This document shows, in pieces, positions 9,684-21,977 of a stretch of 64,000 nucleotides of DNA. Below the pieces are notes generated by a model, which saw nothing but the letters and a program-made list of their open reading frames with translations, was not told the DNA's origin and did no database searches. A program made the position numbers and the translations under genes. Origin of the DNA: Candidatus Latescibacterota bacterium (GTDB taxonomy: Bacteria > Latescibacterota > UBA2968 > UBA8231); contig CBDCXV010000001.1 of NCBI GenBank assembly GCA_965223905.1, positions 1,056,001 through 1,120,000 on the forward strand, given 5' to 3'. The number at the start of each line of letters is the position of its first letter. Position 1 is the stretch's first letter.

Positions 9684-10857
9684 GGAAGGATTCCATCGCT
9701 GCGACGACCTGCTTCAGGTGCTTCTCTTCGTGAGCCGCGGTGACCCCGAAGCGGATCCGCGACGTCCCCCGGGGAACCGCAGGAGGCCGCACCGCCCGCG
9801 CCAGGATGCCGTGCGCCTTGAGATGCTCCTCGGCGGCGAGGGCGGCGGCTGGCCTGCCGAGGAGCACCGGCACGATCTGCGAGGCGGAGCAGGAGGGTGG
9901 GTAGCCCAGTCGCATCAGCCCGGAGCGCAAGGTTGCCCCGAGGTCGAGGACCCGCTTCCGTCGCCACGGCTCCTCCCGCGCGACATCGAGGGCGGCGGCG
10001 GCCGCGGCCACCGCCGACGGCGGCAGCGCGGTATCGAAGATGAAGGTGCGGGCGCGGTCGATGAGGAAGTCGACGAGGGCCTGGTCGCCGGCGACGAAGC
10101 CGCCGATCGAGCCCAGCGCCTTCGAAAGCGTACCGGTGACGGCGGCCGGGGCGTCGAGATCGAAGCGTCCCAGGAGACCGGAGCCGCCGCCGAAAAGGCC
10201 GATGGCGTGGGCCTCGTCGACGACCAGCATGGCATGGTGGCGCGACGCTGTTTTTCCCAGGGCATCGAGGGGGGCCAGGTCGCCGTCCATGCTGAAGACG
10301 CTCTCGGTCGCGACCAGGCGGCGGCGGGCATGGGTCCGCCGCAGGAGATCGTCGAGGCGGCCGGCGTCGTTGTGCGGGTAGGGGAGAGCGGCCGCTCCCG
10401 ACAGCCTGGCGCCGTCGATGATCGAGGCGTGGGCGCGCTCGTCGTAGAAGATCGCGTCCCCGCTTCCGGCCAGGGCGGAGAGCAGGCCGAGGTTGGCCAT
10501 GTATCCCGAGCTGAACAGCAGGGAGGACTGCCGCCCTGTCATCCGCGCCAGCCGTTCCTGCAGGTCCTCGTGAAGCGGAGTGGAGCCGTGCAGCAGCCGT
10601 GCCGACCCCGCCCCGGCGCCGAAGCGGCCGGCGGCCTCGGCGCCGGCGGCGATCACATCCGGGTGTGACGCAAGCCCCAGGTAATCGTTCGAGGTGAACA
10701 GGACGTATTCGCGGCCGGCGAGGCAGGCCCGGACCCCGGCGCGGCTCTCCGGAGTCACCACCGACCGCCGCAGACCGAGCCGCTCGAGACGGTTGCGCTC
10801 CGAGCGCAGGAAGTCAGCCCAGGGTTGTGGTGGACCGGGCGACGCAGTCGAGCCCAT
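9676..10857 (-). CDS. bioF: 8-amino-7-oxononanoate synthase
   Basis: SNDYLGLA, SGYMAN, ESVFSMDGD, VDEAHA, TLSKALG (PLP lysine). Confidence 0.93.
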   Translation of the reverse strand: MGSTASPGPPQPWADFLRSERNRLERLGLRRSVVTPESRAGVRACLAGREYVLFTSNDYLGLASHPDVIAAGAEAAGRFGAGAGSARLLHGSTPLHEDLQERLARMTGRQSSLLFSSGYMANLGLLSALAGSGDAIFYDERAHASIIDGARLSGAAALPYPHNDAGRLDDLLRRTHARRRLVATESVFSMDGDLAPLDALGKTASRHHAMLVVDEAHAIGLFGGGSGLLGRFDLDAPAAVTGTLSKALGSIGGFVAGDQALVDFLIDRARTFIFDTALPPSAVAAAAAALDVAREEPWRRKRVLDLGATLRSGLMRLGYPPSCSASQIVPVLLGRPAAALAAEEHLKAHGILARAVRPPAVPRGTSRIRFGVTAAHEEKHLKQVVAAMESFRG

Positions 10858-12166
10858 ACCTCACCGCCTCGCAGATCTGCGCGAGCTCGTTCTCTTCGAT
10901 GGAAAGGGGGGGCATCACCACGACGGTGTCCCCGAGGGGCCGCACGAAGACGCCGCGGTCCCGCGCCCTCATGCAGGCCTTCCACCCCGCCTGCTCAGAA
11001 GCGGGCAGCGACCGTTTGGTGGTGCGGTCGGCGACGATATCGACCGCGGCCATCAACCCCTGCTGGCGAATCTCACCTGCCAGGGGATGCTCGCCGAGCA
11101 CGTCGCGCAGGTTCTCGCCGAGGAAGGAGGCGCGCCTGGCGACCCGCGCGAGGACAGGCTCGCGCTCGAAGATATCGAGACTCGCCAGGGCCGCGGCGCA
11201 GGCGATCGGGTTTCCCCCGTAGGTATGCCCGTGGTAGAGCGTCTTGCCATAGTCGTCCGTATCGTGAAAGGCGTCGTACACCCGCTCGCTAGCCACCGTT
11301 GCCGAGAGGGGCAGGCAGCCGCCGCTGATCCCCTTGCCCAACACCATGATGTCGGGGGTTACTCCTTCGAGGTCGCAGGCGAACATGGCGCCGGTTTTTC
11401 CGAAGCCGGTGGCCACTTCGTCGGCGATGAGCAGCAGATCATGTGAACGGCAGAGGTCGGCGACAAGGCGGAGGTGGCCTTCCGGGGCGACGATCATTCC
11501 CGCCGCACCCTGGACCCGCGGCTCGACGACCACCGCGGCGATCTCCCCGGCGCGCGCCGCGAGGAGACGCTCCAGCGAACCGACGCAGGCGAGGCTGCAG
11601 CCGCTTTCCGGCAAACAGAGGGAACAGCTGAGGGCGTGCGGATTGGCAAACCGCAACGGCTCGAACAGCGCGGCCTCGTACGGCTTGCGGAAGGGACCGT
11701 CGCTCCCCAGCGACGCAGCACCGAGGGTATCGCCGTGGTACGCCATCTCCATTGCGGCGAAGCGGCGGCGCTCGGGCCGGCCGCTGTTGACCCAGAACTG
11801 GAGCGCCATCTTGAGCGCCACCTCGACGGCGCTGGCGCCGTCGGAGCTGTAGAAGAAACGGGTCAGCCCTTTGGGGACGTGGGCGGCGAGCCGCTCCGTG
11901 AGCTCGATCGCCGGGGTATGCCCGGCGCCGAGAAGGGTGCTGTGTTGCAGCCGCTCCGCCTGGCGCCTGATCGCCTCGACGATGTGCGGATGCCCGTGGC
12001 CGTGAACGATCGCCCAGAGCGAGGCCACGCCGTCGATGTACTCACGGCCGTCCCTGTCGATGAGGCGGTTGCCCTCGGCGCGGTCGACGATCAGCCTTGG
12101 CTCGCTGTCGTAGCGAGCCATCGGGGTGAAGGCGTTCCAGATGCCAGCCGGGTGCTCTCCAGTCAC
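10814..12166 (-). CDS. bioA: Adenosylmethionine-8-amino-7-oxononanoate transaminase
   Basis: GTG at 12166 overlaps the bioB stop (GTGA); AYHGDTLGA, IADEVATGFG, LGKGISGG, HGHTYGGNP. Confidence 0.93.
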   Translation of the reverse strand: MTGEHPAGIWNAFTPMARYDSEPRLIVDRAEGNRLIDRDGREYIDGVASLWAIVHGHGHPHIVEAIRRQAERLQHSTLLGAGHTPAIELTERLAAHVPKGLTRFFYSSDGASAVEVALKMALQFWVNSGRPERRRFAAMEMAYHGDTLGAASLGSDGPFRKPYEAALFEPLRFANPHALSCSLCLPESGCSLACVGSLERLLAARAGEIAAVVVEPRVQGAAGMIVAPEGHLRLVADLCRSHDLLLIADEVATGFGKTGAMFACDLEGVTPDIMVLGKGISGGCLPLSATVASERVYDAFHDTDDYGKTLYHGHTYGGNPIACAAALASLDIFEREPVLARVARRASFLGENLRDVLGEHPLAGEIRQQGLMAAVDIVADRTTKRSLPASEQAGWKACMRARDRGVFVRPLGDTVVVMPPLSIEENELAQICEAVRYGLDCVARSTTTLG

Positions 12167-13155
12167 GCCTCTTCGACCTCGAACCCCATGTCCTCGATCA
12201 TCTGCAGCGCCTCCCTGGTGCCCTGACCAGGGGTGGTGAGGTAGCCCTCGACGAAAATCGAGTTCGCCGCGTACAGCGCCAGCGGCTGCAGCGACCGCAG
12301 GTGCAGCTCGCGCCCGCCGGCGACGCGGATCTCGCGGTGGGGATGCAGCAGACGCGCCAGGCAGAGGATCCGCAGGCAGTGGAGGGGGGTCAGCCTCCAC
12401 GTCCCCTCGAGCGGTGTGCCGGAGATGGGATGGAGGAAGTTGACCGGTATCGACCGCGGATCGAGGTCGCGGAGCGCCATGAGGACCTCGATCACGTCCT
12501 CGTCCGTTTCGCCCATACCGAAGATCGCACCGCTGCAGAGGTCGAGCCCGGCCTTGCGCGCGGCCTGCAGGGTCTTCACCCGGTCGCTGTAGCCGTGGGT
12601 GGTGACGATGCTGGGAGTGAACCGCTCGCTGGTATTCAGGTTGTGGTTCAGCTGGTCGACCCCGGCTTCCTTCAGCGCCCGGGCTTTCTCCTCGTCGAGC
12701 AGTCCGACACAGGCGCATATCCCGATATCGACCTCGTCGCGGATGTTGCGCACGGCGTCGGCCAGGTATTCCACCTCGCGCCAGGATGCCCCCCGTCCGC
12801 TTGTGACGATGCAGAAACGCTTGGCCCGCGAGCGCTTGGCTGCGCGCGCCTCTTCGAGCAGCTGCTCCTGGCTCACCATGGGGTATTTCTCGATGGCCGC
12901 CTCCGAGACCCGCGATTGCGAGCAGTAGCCGCAGTCCTCGGGACAGAGACCGCTTTTGGCGTTCATCAGGACATGCAGGTGCACCTTGTCGCCACAGAAG
13001 CGGCGGCGCACCCGGTAGGTCTCGGCGAGCAGGGCGGGAACCTCGCTGTCCGGGGAGCCGAGAACCGCGGCGCACTCGGCGTGCGTCAGTGGGTCGCCGG
13101 CGATCGCCTTGTCAGCGAGAGCTGGGAAGCCGGGAACGGTGGAAGTCGTAACCAT
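12163..13155 (-). CDS. bioB: Biotin synthase (radical SAM)
   Basis: CPEDCGYCSQS, NHNLNTS, SIPVNFL, ANSIFVEGYLTT. Confidence 0.96.
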   Translation of the reverse strand: MVTTSTVPGFPALADKAIAGDPLTHAECAAVLGSPDSEVPALLAETYRVRRRFCGDKVHLHVLMNAKSGLCPEDCGYCSQSRVSEAAIEKYPMVSQEQLLEEARAAKRSRAKRFCIVTSGRGASWREVEYLADAVRNIRDEVDIGICACVGLLDEEKARALKEAGVDQLNHNLNTSERFTPSIVTTHGYSDRVKTLQAARKAGLDLCSGAIFGMGETDEDVIEVLMALRDLDPRSIPVNFLHPISGTPLEGTWRLTPLHCLRILCLARLLHPHREIRVAGGRELHLRSLQPLALYAANSIFVEGYLTTPGQGTREALQMIEDMGFEVEEA

Positions 13156-13157
13156 TT

Positions 13158-13201
13158 AAAAGTGTGTCCTGTAAAGTGTGTCCTGTAAAAGTGTGTCCTG
13201 T
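13158..13201 (-). repeat. Three tandem copies of ACAGGACACAC(T)TTT directly upstream of bioB start
   Basis: gtgtgtcctgt at 13162, 13176 and 13191 on the + strand. Confidence 0.92.
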
Positions 13202-13232
13202 TGGTAATGTTGCAGGATATGGCGGGATGCCT

Positions 13233-14468
13233 TCAGGGCGCGGGGGCCGAAAAGAGGAGGACGGCGTTGTGGCCGCCAAAGCCGAACGAGTTCGACAGCA
13301 CCCGTGCGAGCGGCCTTCGGAGCGCCTCGCCGCGCACGCAGGCGATCCCCATTCCGTCGATGCTCTCGCAATTGATCGTCGGCGGGACGGACCCCGACTC
13401 GACAGCCATGACCGCGGCGACCGCCTGGGCCGCTCCTGAGGCGGCGAGCATGTGCCCGGTCATCGACTTGATCGCGGTCACCGGGATGGTGCCGAGCGCT
13501 TCCCCGAGCGAGGCGTCCAAGGCGCGAACCTCGGCGTCGTCGCCGGCCCGGGTACCGGCTGCGTGGGCGAAGATCGCGCTGACCTCGCGAGGTCCGGTTC
13601 CGGACTTCTCCAGTGCCCGGGCGATGGCCTTCGCCGCGGCCGCACCGTTCGGTTCCGGCCGCGTTTCGTGCACCCCGTCGGTAGTTGCGCCGTACCCGGA
13701 GAGTTCGGCGTAGACGCGGGCGCCCCGTCTTCTGGCATGATCCAGCTCCTCGAGAACGAGGACTGCGGCACCCTCGGCGAGCACGAATCCGTCCCGGTCG
13801 CGGTCGAAAGGGCGGCAGGCACGCTGCGGCTCGGCGTTGCGCCGCGACAGCGCTCCGAGGGCGTGGTCGCCGGCCAGGGTCAACGGCGTTATGCAGGCCT
13901 CGGCGGCGCCGGCGACCATCACGTCGGCATCCCCCCTGCGGATGACCTCGGAAGCCTCGCCGAGGGCGTGGCCGCCGGTGGCGCACGCGGAGGAGAGGGC
14001 GAAGCCAGGGCCGCGGAGGTCGAGCAGCATCGCCGCCTGGGCAGCGGCCATGTTGTTGAGCATGCGCGGGATCAGCAAGGGACTCGCGGCTTTCGGACCG
14101 AGGATCGGACCGAGGGCGGCCGCGGCCTGGAGGGTGGTGTTCTCGCCGCCGTGGCTTGAGCCGAGCACGATCCCCGACTCGTCCGGATCGTGCGCTTCGA
14201 TTCCGGCGTCGCGCCAGGCCTGCAACGCCGCTCCGACCCCGAACAGGGCGTACCTGTCGAGGCGCCGGGCCCGCCTGCGGTCGATTTCGGCAGGCAGCGT
14301 GAATCCCGTGACCTCGCCGGCGATGCGCACCGGGAAGGCCCCGGCATCGAAGAGGGTGATCGGACCGACCCCTGACTGCCCGGCGCACAGTCGGTCCCAG
14401 AAACGGGCGGCACCGGAACCGAGTGGAGTCACAGCGCCCAGACCTGTGACGACGACCCGCCGGCTCAT
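13233..14468 (-). CDS. fabF: Beta-ketoacyl-ACP synthase II family protein heading the bio operon
   Basis: RRVVVTGLGAVTPLG, SSACATG (Cys), FAHAAGT and KSMTGHM (His-His), SNSFGFGGHN. Confidence 0.88.
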   Translation of the reverse strand: MSRRVVVTGLGAVTPLGSGAARFWDRLCAGQSGVGPITLFDAGAFPVRIAGEVTGFTLPAEIDRRRARRLDRYALFGVGAALQAWRDAGIEAHDPDESGIVLGSSHGGENTTLQAAAALGPILGPKAASPLLIPRMLNNMAAAQAAMLLDLRGPGFALSSACATGGHALGEASEVIRRGDADVMVAGAAEACITPLTLAGDHALGALSRRNAEPQRACRPFDRDRDGFVLAEGAAVLVLEELDHARRRGARVYAELSGYGATTDGVHETRPEPNGAAAAKAIARALEKSGTGPREVSAIFAHAAGTRAGDDAEVRALDASLGEALGTIPVTAIKSMTGHMLAASGAAQAVAAVMAVESGSVPPTINCESIDGMGIACVRGEALRRPLARVLSNSFGFGGHNAVLLFSAPAP

Positions 14469-14826
14469 GGTGTCACTGCCTCTGGTGCCTCCTGCCGGCC
14501 AACCCGGATGCGGCAACGGAAAGCGAGGCATTCCCGCGCAACGGTTCGGGGCGAAGCGTTTCAACGCCCTTCAGGGGGTACGCGCCCCAGGCAGAATCCC
14601 TGCGCCGCCCCGGGTCGGCCGGGGGGCCGGAGCCCTGGGGAGTGAAGCCCTCGGCACTGTGGCCGCGGTGGCGGCTGCGAACCGGAGCAGACCTGCGGAA
14701 TCCTTCGACGGATCGATCAGACCTTTTGGCAGCTCGGTTTTTTCCGGTCATACCGAGAATATACACCGGCTGAAGGAGTTCTGTTCGCCGGTAAACGGGG
14801 GCCGCCGGAGAGGCCGACCATCCCGC

Positions 14827-14855
14827 TTGACAGCCTGATGATGCCGCCTTAGCCT
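14827..14855 (+). promoter_or_regulatory. Sigma70-like promoter for nqr operon
   Basis: TTGACA-17 nt-TAGCCT, 65 nt upstream of nqrA. Confidence 0.6.
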
Positions 14856-14866
14856 GTAAGGCTTGA

Positions 14867-16272
<1,406 letters not shown>

Positions 16273-16273
<1 letters not shown>

Positions 16274-17484
16274 TGAAGCTGCTCAGAGACCTGCTCGACC
16301 AGGCGGCGCCGCTTTTCGAGCGCGGCGGCCGGCTCGAACGCCTTTACCCGGCGTACGAGGCGGCCGACACGTTTCTGTACACGCCGGGAGAGGTCACCCG
16401 GGGCGCTTCACACGTGCGCGACTCCCTCGACCTCAAGCGCATGATGATAACCGTCGTGGTCGCCCTGGTTCCCTGTATCTTCATGGCGATGTGGAACACA
16501 GGGTACCAGGCCAACCTGGCGCTGGCGGAGATGGGGCTGACCTCGGCGGGCGGGTGGCGCGGGGTCGTCATCGACGTCCTCGAGATCGGCTACGATCCCG
16601 GCAACATCATCGCCAACCTGCTCCACGGAGCCCTCTACTTCATTCCGGTCTTTCTCGTCTGCAACATCGTGGGGGGGACCTGGGAGGCGCTGTTTTCGAT
16701 CATACGCCGCCACGAGATCAACGAGGGCTTCCTGGTTACGGGGATGCTGTTTCCCCTGACCCTGCCGCCGACGATTCCGCTATGGCAGGTGGCGATCGGC
16801 ATCAGCTTCGGCGTCGTCATCGGCAAGGAGATTTTCGGGGGCACCGGCAAGAACTTTCTCAACCCGGCCCTGACCGCGAGGGCGTTTCTGTATTTCGCCT
16901 ACCCGGTGGAGATCACCGGTGACAAGATCTGGGTCGCCGTCGACGGCTACTCCTACGCGACCCCGCTGGGCAAGGTTCCCGCCGACGGCATCGGCGCCCT
17001 GAGCGCGACGTCGCTGTGGGACGCCTTCCTCGGGACCATTCCCGGATCGATGGGGGAGACCTCCTTTCTCGCCTGCGCCATCGGCGCCGCCATCCTGATC
17101 GCAACCAAGATCGGCTCGTGGCGGATCATGCTGGGAATGGCCCTGACCACCCTGGTCTTCGGCTGGCTGATGACCCTGGTCGAAAGCGATACCAACCCGA
17201 TGTTCGCCATGAGCCCGCTGTGGCACCTGTTCCTCGGCGGTTTCGCCTTCGGTTGCGTGTACATGGCGACCGATCCGGTGTCGGCGGCGTTCACGAACCG
17301 CGGCAAGTGGTTCTACGGTGGCCTGATCGGGGCGATGACGATCCTGATCCGCGTCGTCAATCCCGCCTTTCCCGAGGGGGTGATGCTGGCGATCCTGTTC
17401 GGCAACGTGTTCGCCCCCGTTATCGACTATTTCGTGGTACAGGCCAACATCAAGCGGCGCCTGTTGCGAGCGGCTGCCGGTTGA
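16273..17484 (+). CDS. nqrB: Na+-NQR subunit B
   Basis: [28 protein letters not shown] (FMN Thr), MATDPVS. Confidence 0.96.
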
Positions 17485-17506
17485 GCCAGGGAGGCGAGCG
17501 AGCACC

Positions 17507-18286
17507 GTGCCCAAAGAGACCATCGGCAAGACCTTCTTCGTCGCCGCGGCCCTGTGCGTGATCTGCTCCGTTCTCGTTTCCACCGCGGCGGTGACGCTGC
17601 GTCCGACCCAGGGGGTCAACAAGCTCCTCGACAAGAAACGGAACATCCTGACCGCCGCCGGCCTCTTCGACGAGAGCAGGCCGATCGACGAGCTGTTCGA
17701 GAGCATCGAGGAGAAGGTCGTCGATCTCGCCAGCGGCGAATACGTCGACATCGACCCGGACGAATACGATCAGCGCAACGCCGCCCGCGACCCGGACCAG
17801 AGCGTCGCCATCCCGGCCAAGCGAGACCCGGCAGGCATCAAGCGCCGCGCCGAGTTCGCCGCCGTCTACCTCGTGTACAGGAAGGGTGAGGTCGACAAGG
17901 TCATCCTGCCGGTACACGGCAAGGGACTGTGGTCGACCCTCTACGGTTTCCTCGCTATCGACATCGAGGACGTCAATACCATCCGCAGTCTCGTATACTA
18001 TGAGCACGGGGAGACCCCGGGCCTCGGGGGCGAGGTCGACAACCCCCGCTGGAAAGCGCTGTGGAACGGCAAGCGGGCCTTCGACGAGGAGGGCATGGTC
18101 GCAATCGAGGTGGTCCGCGGGGTGGTCGACGCCAACAGTCCGAAAGCGGTCTACCAGGTCGACGGGCTTTCCGGCGCGACGATAACCTCGCGCGGAGTGA
18201 GCAACACCCTTAGGTACTGGTTGGGCGAGGACGGGTACGGCCCCTTCCTCGATCGCCTGAAGGAAAAAGGAGCTGCCCATGGGTAA
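17507..18286 (+). CDS. nqrC: Na+-NQR subunit C
   Basis: [30 protein letters not shown] (FMN Thr). Confidence 0.96.
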   Translation: MPKETIGKTFFVAAALCVICSVLVSTAAVTLRPTQGVNKLLDKKRNILTAAGLFDESRPIDELFESIEEKVVDLASGEYVDIDPDEYDQRNAARDPDQSVAIPAKRDPAGIKRRAEFAAVYLVYRKGEVDKVILPVHGKGLWSTLYGFLAIDIEDVNTIRSLVYYEHGETPGLGGEVDNPRWKALWNGKRAFDEEGMVAIEVVRGVVDANSPKAVYQVDGLSGATITSRGVSNTLRYWLGEDGYGPFLDRLKEKGAAHG

Positions 18287-18905
18287 AGCCAGGGAAACGC
18301 TGCTGCATCCCGTTCTGGACGATAACCCGATCGCCCTGCAGATCCTGGGGATCTGTTCTGCTCTGGCAGTGACCAGCAAGCTCGAGACCTCGGTCACCAT
18401 GTGCCTGGCGGTGATCTTCGTCCTCGTTTTTTCGAATGCCGCGGTCAGCCTCATCCGCGCCCACATTCCGACCAACATCCGCATCATCGTTCAGATGACG
18501 ATCATCGCCTCGCTGGTCATCATAGTCGATCAGTTTCTCCGCGCCTACGCGTTCGATATCAGCAAACAGCTGTCGGTCTTCGTCGGCCTAATCATCACCA
18601 ACTGTATCGTGATGGGCCGCGCCGAGGCGTTCGCGATGAAGAACGGCCTCTTCATGAGCATGCTCGACGGGCTCGGCAACGCCCTGGGTTACAGTCTCAT
18701 TCTCCTGGTGGTAGGGGTGTGCCGGGAGTTGTTCGGCTCCGGAAAGCTTTTCGGAGTCGAGGTGTTCGGGCTCGCGACGGAAGGTGGTTGGTACGCTCCC
18801 AACGGGCTGATGCTCCTGCCTCCGAGCGCTTTTTTCATAATCGGCGTCTTCATCTGGGTCCTGCGTTCGTTCAAGACCAAACAGATTGAGAAGGAGGGTT
18901 TCTGA
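18279..18905 (+). CDS. nqrD: Na+-NQR subunit D
   Basis: [34 protein letters not shown]. Confidence 0.96.
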   Translation: MGKARETLLHPVLDDNPIALQILGICSALAVTSKLETSVTMCLAVIFVLVFSNAAVSLIRAHIPTNIRIIVQMTIIASLVIIVDQFLRAYAFDISKQLSVFVGLIITNCIVMGRAEAFAMKNGLFMSMLDGLGNALGYSLILLVVGVCRELFGSGKLFGVEVFGLATEGGWYAPNGLMLLPPSAFFIIGVFIWVLRSFKTKQIEKEGF

Positions 18906-19516
18906 TGCTCGAAGCCTACCTCAACCTGTTCGTGAAAGCGGTGTTCGTCGAGAACATCGCACTCGCCTTTTTCCTCGGGATGTGCACTTTCCTGGCGGTG
19001 TCGAAGCGGGTCTCGACTGCGTTCGGCCTGGGGGTTGCCGTGGTCGTTGTGCAGGGCATCACCGTCCCGATCAACAACCTGGTGTACCAGCACCTGCTCA
19101 AGGCGGACGCGCTGGCCTGGGCGGGGCTCACGGGAGTGGATCTCACTTTCGTCGGCCTGATCAGCTACATCGGGGTGATTGCCGCCAGCGTCCAGATCCT
19201 CGAGATGTTCCTCGACAAGTACGTCCCCTCGCTTTACAACGCCCTCGGCATCTTCCTGCCGCTTATAACCGTCAACTGCGCCATACTCGGCGGCTCGCTT
19301 TTCATGGTCGAGCGCGACTACGACTTCGGCGAGAGCGTGATCTTCGGACTCGGCTCGGGAGTCGGGTGGGCGCTGGCGATCGTCGCCCTGGCCGGAATTC
19401 GCGAAAAGCTCAAGTACAGCGACGTACCTCCGGGGCTGCGCGGCCTGGGTATCACCTTCATGACGGTCGGGCTGATGGCGATGGCGTTCATGGCCTTCTC
19501 GGGTATTCAACTGTAA
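18905..19516 (+). CDS. nqrE: Na+-NQR subunit E
   Basis: [23 protein letters not shown]. Confidence 0.96.
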   Translation: MLEAYLNLFVKAVFVENIALAFFLGMCTFLAVSKRVSTAFGLGVAVVVVQGITVPINNLVYQHLLKADALAWAGLTGVDLTFVGLISYIGVIAASVQILEMFLDKYVPSLYNALGIFLPLITVNCAILGGSLFMVERDYDFGESVIFGLGSGVGWALAIVALAGIREKLKYSDVPPGLRGLGITFMTVGLMAMAFMAFSGIQL

Positions 19517-19552
19517 TGGAACAGACCCCTTTTTTACGGACAGTTCGCTGCC

Positions 19553-20794
19553 ATGACTGAGATCGTCTCCGGGGCAGGAATGTTCACCGGCGTCGTCATC
19601 GTGCTGGTGGGGATCATCCTGGTTGCCCGGTCGAAGCTCGTTGCCACCGGCGACGTGCGCATCCTGATCAACGACGACGAAGACCGCTCGCTCACCATAC
19701 CGGCCGGCGGCAAGCTGCTCAACGTCCTCGCCGACAACGAGATCTACGTTTCCTCGGCCTGCGGCGGCGGCGGCACCTGTGCCCAGTGCCGGGTCAAGGT
19801 GCACGATGGGGGCGGGGAAATCCTGGCCACCGAGCTCGAGCACGTAACCCGCCGCGAGGCGCGCGACGGGGATCGCCTCTCCTGCCAGGTCACCGTCAAG
19901 CAGGACATGAAGATCGAGGTTCCTGCCGAGGTCTTCTCGGTGCGGCGCTGGGAGTGCGAGGTGGTGTCGAACGAAAACGTCGCCACCTTCATCAAGGAGC
20001 TCGTGTTGAAGCTGCCCGAGGGGGAGATCCTCGATTTCGAGTCCGGCGGCTTCATCCAGATCGAGGTGCCCCCGTTCGAGTGCAGCTTCCGCGAATTCGA
20101 GGTCGACGAGCGCTTCCATGAAGACTGGGACCGGTTCAACGTCTGGAACCTTCGCACCGTCAATCAGGACCCGGTCTTCCGCGCCTACTCGATGGCCAAC
20201 CACCCGGCCGAGGGGAACATGATGATGCTCAACATCCGCATCGCCACCCCGCCTGTCGACCGCGCAACCGGAACCTGGCAAAAGGTGAATCCCGGTTTAG
20301 TCTCGTCCTACACCTTCAAGCTGAAACCGGGGGACAAGGTGACGATCTCCGGGCCCTACGGGGAGTTCTACATCCAGGATACCGACCGCGAGATGGTCTA
20401 CATCGGCGGCGGCGCCGGTATGGCCCCGTTGCGCTCCCACATATTCCATCTGTTCCACACCTTGCAGACGAAACGCAAGGTCTCGTACTGGTACGGGGCG
20501 CGCTCGAGCAAGGAGCTGTTCTACGAAGAGCACTTCCTCGACATCGAGAGGAACTTCCCGAATTTCACATGGCACGTGGCGATGTCGGAGCCTTTGCCCG
20601 AAGACAACTGGGCCGGGCACACCGGGTTCATCCACCAGGTGGTGCTCGAGGAATATCTGAGCAAGCACCCGGCTCCCGAAGACGTCGAGTACTACCTGTG
20701 CGGCCCGCCGATGATGTTGCAGGCGGTGCTGCGCATGCTCGACGATCTGGGCGTCGAAGAGGAGATGATCCGCTTCGACGACTTCGGTTCCTAG
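19553..20794 (+). CDS. nqrF: Na+-NQR subunit F
   Basis: [12 protein letters not shown] 2Fe-2[26 protein letters not shown] terminus. Confidence 0.97.
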   Translation: MTEIVSGAGMFTGVVIVLVGIILVARSKLVATGDVRILINDDEDRSLTIPAGGKLLNVLADNEIYVSSACGGGGTCAQCRVKVHDGGGEILATELEHVTRREARDGDRLSCQVTVKQDMKIEVPAEVFSVRRWECEVVSNENVATFIKELVLKLPEGEILDFESGGFIQIEVPPFECSFREFEVDERFHEDWDRFNVWNLRTVNQDPVFRAYSMANHPAEGNMMMLNIRIATPPVDRATGTWQKVNPGLVSSYTFKLKPGDKVTISGPYGEFYIQDTDREMVYIGGGAGMAPLRSHIFHLFHTLQTKRKVSYWYGARSSKELFYEEHFLDIERNFPNFTWHVAMSEPLPEDNWAGHTGFIHQVVLEEYLSKHPAPEDVEYYLCGPPMMLQAVLRMLDDLGVEEEMIRFDDFGS

Positions 20795-20893
20795 GTGCCG
20801 CTGCCCCCCGGAAAAACGGGATTCGCCAACCCGGGACGACAGCCGCCCGGTCCGAAAACGTCGCGCGCATCCCGCCGCGGCAGGTGAGGTTCG

Positions 20894-21133
20894 ATGGACA
20901 CATTCCTCTCAGCCCTCGTGGTTTTCGCGCTCGTCGTCGCTGCAATGGCGGTCGGGGTCATACTCGGCAACCGCGCCATCAAGGGTTCGTGCGGCGGCCT
21001 GGGCGCCATGTGCGACGAGCTCGGGCAGCCGATGTGCGAGTGCGGAGCCGGAGAAGGGGATGCCTGCGCCGGTGGCCGGGAAGGCTCCGTGTACCGACCT
21101 CGGCTCGAGGCAGGAGAGGTGGTCGGCCGGTAG
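20894..21133 (+). CDS. nqrM: Na+-NQR maturation protein NqrM (DUF539)
   Basis: TM followed by [19 protein letters not shown] and a Cys cluster; follows nqrF. Confidence 0.85.
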   Translation: MDTFLSALVVFALVVAAMAVGVILGNRAIKGSCGGLGAMCDELGQPMCECGAGEGDACAGGREGSVYRPRLEAGEVVGR

Positions 21134-21316
21134 CTGCGGAAGATCACCTGCGATCCGTCGATCCAGCAGGAACCAGGTACGCAGCGGCGTCTCGGGCGCG
21201 ATGGACACTGCACCCCGGAAGCGCCCCCGATCCCACATCAGGCCGCTGCTCGACCCTGTCGAGGGGCCGCCTTCATCCCGCACCCGCAGGCCTTCCCTCG
21301 CTGTGGATTCAGGAAG

Positions 21317-21607
21317 ATGACAGACTCGGATCCAACCAGCCCTGATGAAAAGAACCAGGCTCGCAAGGCCCTCAGCTCCTTCGCGCAGGCCGGGGTCTAC
21401 ATCGGATCCGGTTTCCAGTTTGCCGCCGCGATTGCCGCCGGGTTGTTCGCCGGGTGGTGGCTCGACGCCAAGCTCGGGACCTCGCCGCTGCTGCTGATCG
21501 CCGGATGTCTGGCCGGCGCCGTGTCAGGTTTCTGGTACCTCGTCCGCAGTCTCGGCGGCAGCACCGGCAATAAGGACGGATCCGGAACCGGAGGGATTTC
21601 GCGCTGA
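21317..21607 (+). CDS. AtpZ/AtpI-family ATP synthase accessory protein
   Basis: GWWLDAKLGTSP motif with two TMs; first gene of atp cluster. Confidence 0.85.
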   Translation: MTDSDPTSPDEKNQARKALSSFAQAGVYIGSGFQFAAAIAAGLFAGWWLDAKLGTSPLLLIAGCLAGAVSGFWYLVRSLGGSTGNKDGSGTGGISR

Positions 21608-21918
21608 TGTGGGAGAGCGTTCTCTCCGGCCTGGGGCTCGCTGCCGGAAACGCCGCCGCCGCGTGGCTGACGATACAGTGGTCGTGGAAGCGCAGTCCGG
21701 CATTCTTCGTGCAGGCGTTCCTCGGTGGCATGGTGGCGCGCCTGCTGGCGATGGGCCTGGCGCTTGCACTGATCTTCAAGTTCTCCGCCGTGCAAAAAGC
21801 TCCCTTCGCCGCCGCTTTCGCATCCGCTTTTCTCGCCTTTCAGGTCGCGGAGATCGCTTTGGTAATTCGCAGGCGCGAAACCGAACGCTCCCATTCAGAG
21901 GGCCGCGGCGGGCCCTGA
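21607..21918 (+). CDS. ATP synthase protein I-like membrane protein
   Basis: Hydrophobic with GMVARL; sits between atpZ-like gene and atpB. Confidence 0.65.
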   Translation: MWESVLSGLGLAAGNAAAAWLTIQWSWKRSPAFFVQAFLGGMVARLLAMGLALALIFKFSAVQKAPFAAAFASAFLAFQVAEIALVIRRRETERSHSEGRGGP

Positions 21919-21949
21919 TTCCCAGGGCGGAGATGGCAGCCGAAGCCAT

Positions 21950-21977
21950 TTGACAGAAGCGATGGCCCCCTTAAGTT
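21950..21977 (+). promoter_or_regulatory. Sigma70-like promoter upstream of atpB
   Basis: TTGACA-16 nt-TAAGTT. Confidence 0.5.

Noticed and set aside
10814-13075. 753-aa ORF as a BioA fusion
   Set aside because: The N-terminal part is an off-frame shadow of bioB; BioA homology starts at GTG 12166
13158-13201. Short repeats here, at 58996 and at 63810 as CRISPR arrays
   Set aside because: Directly tandem with no unique spacers, too short, no cas genes
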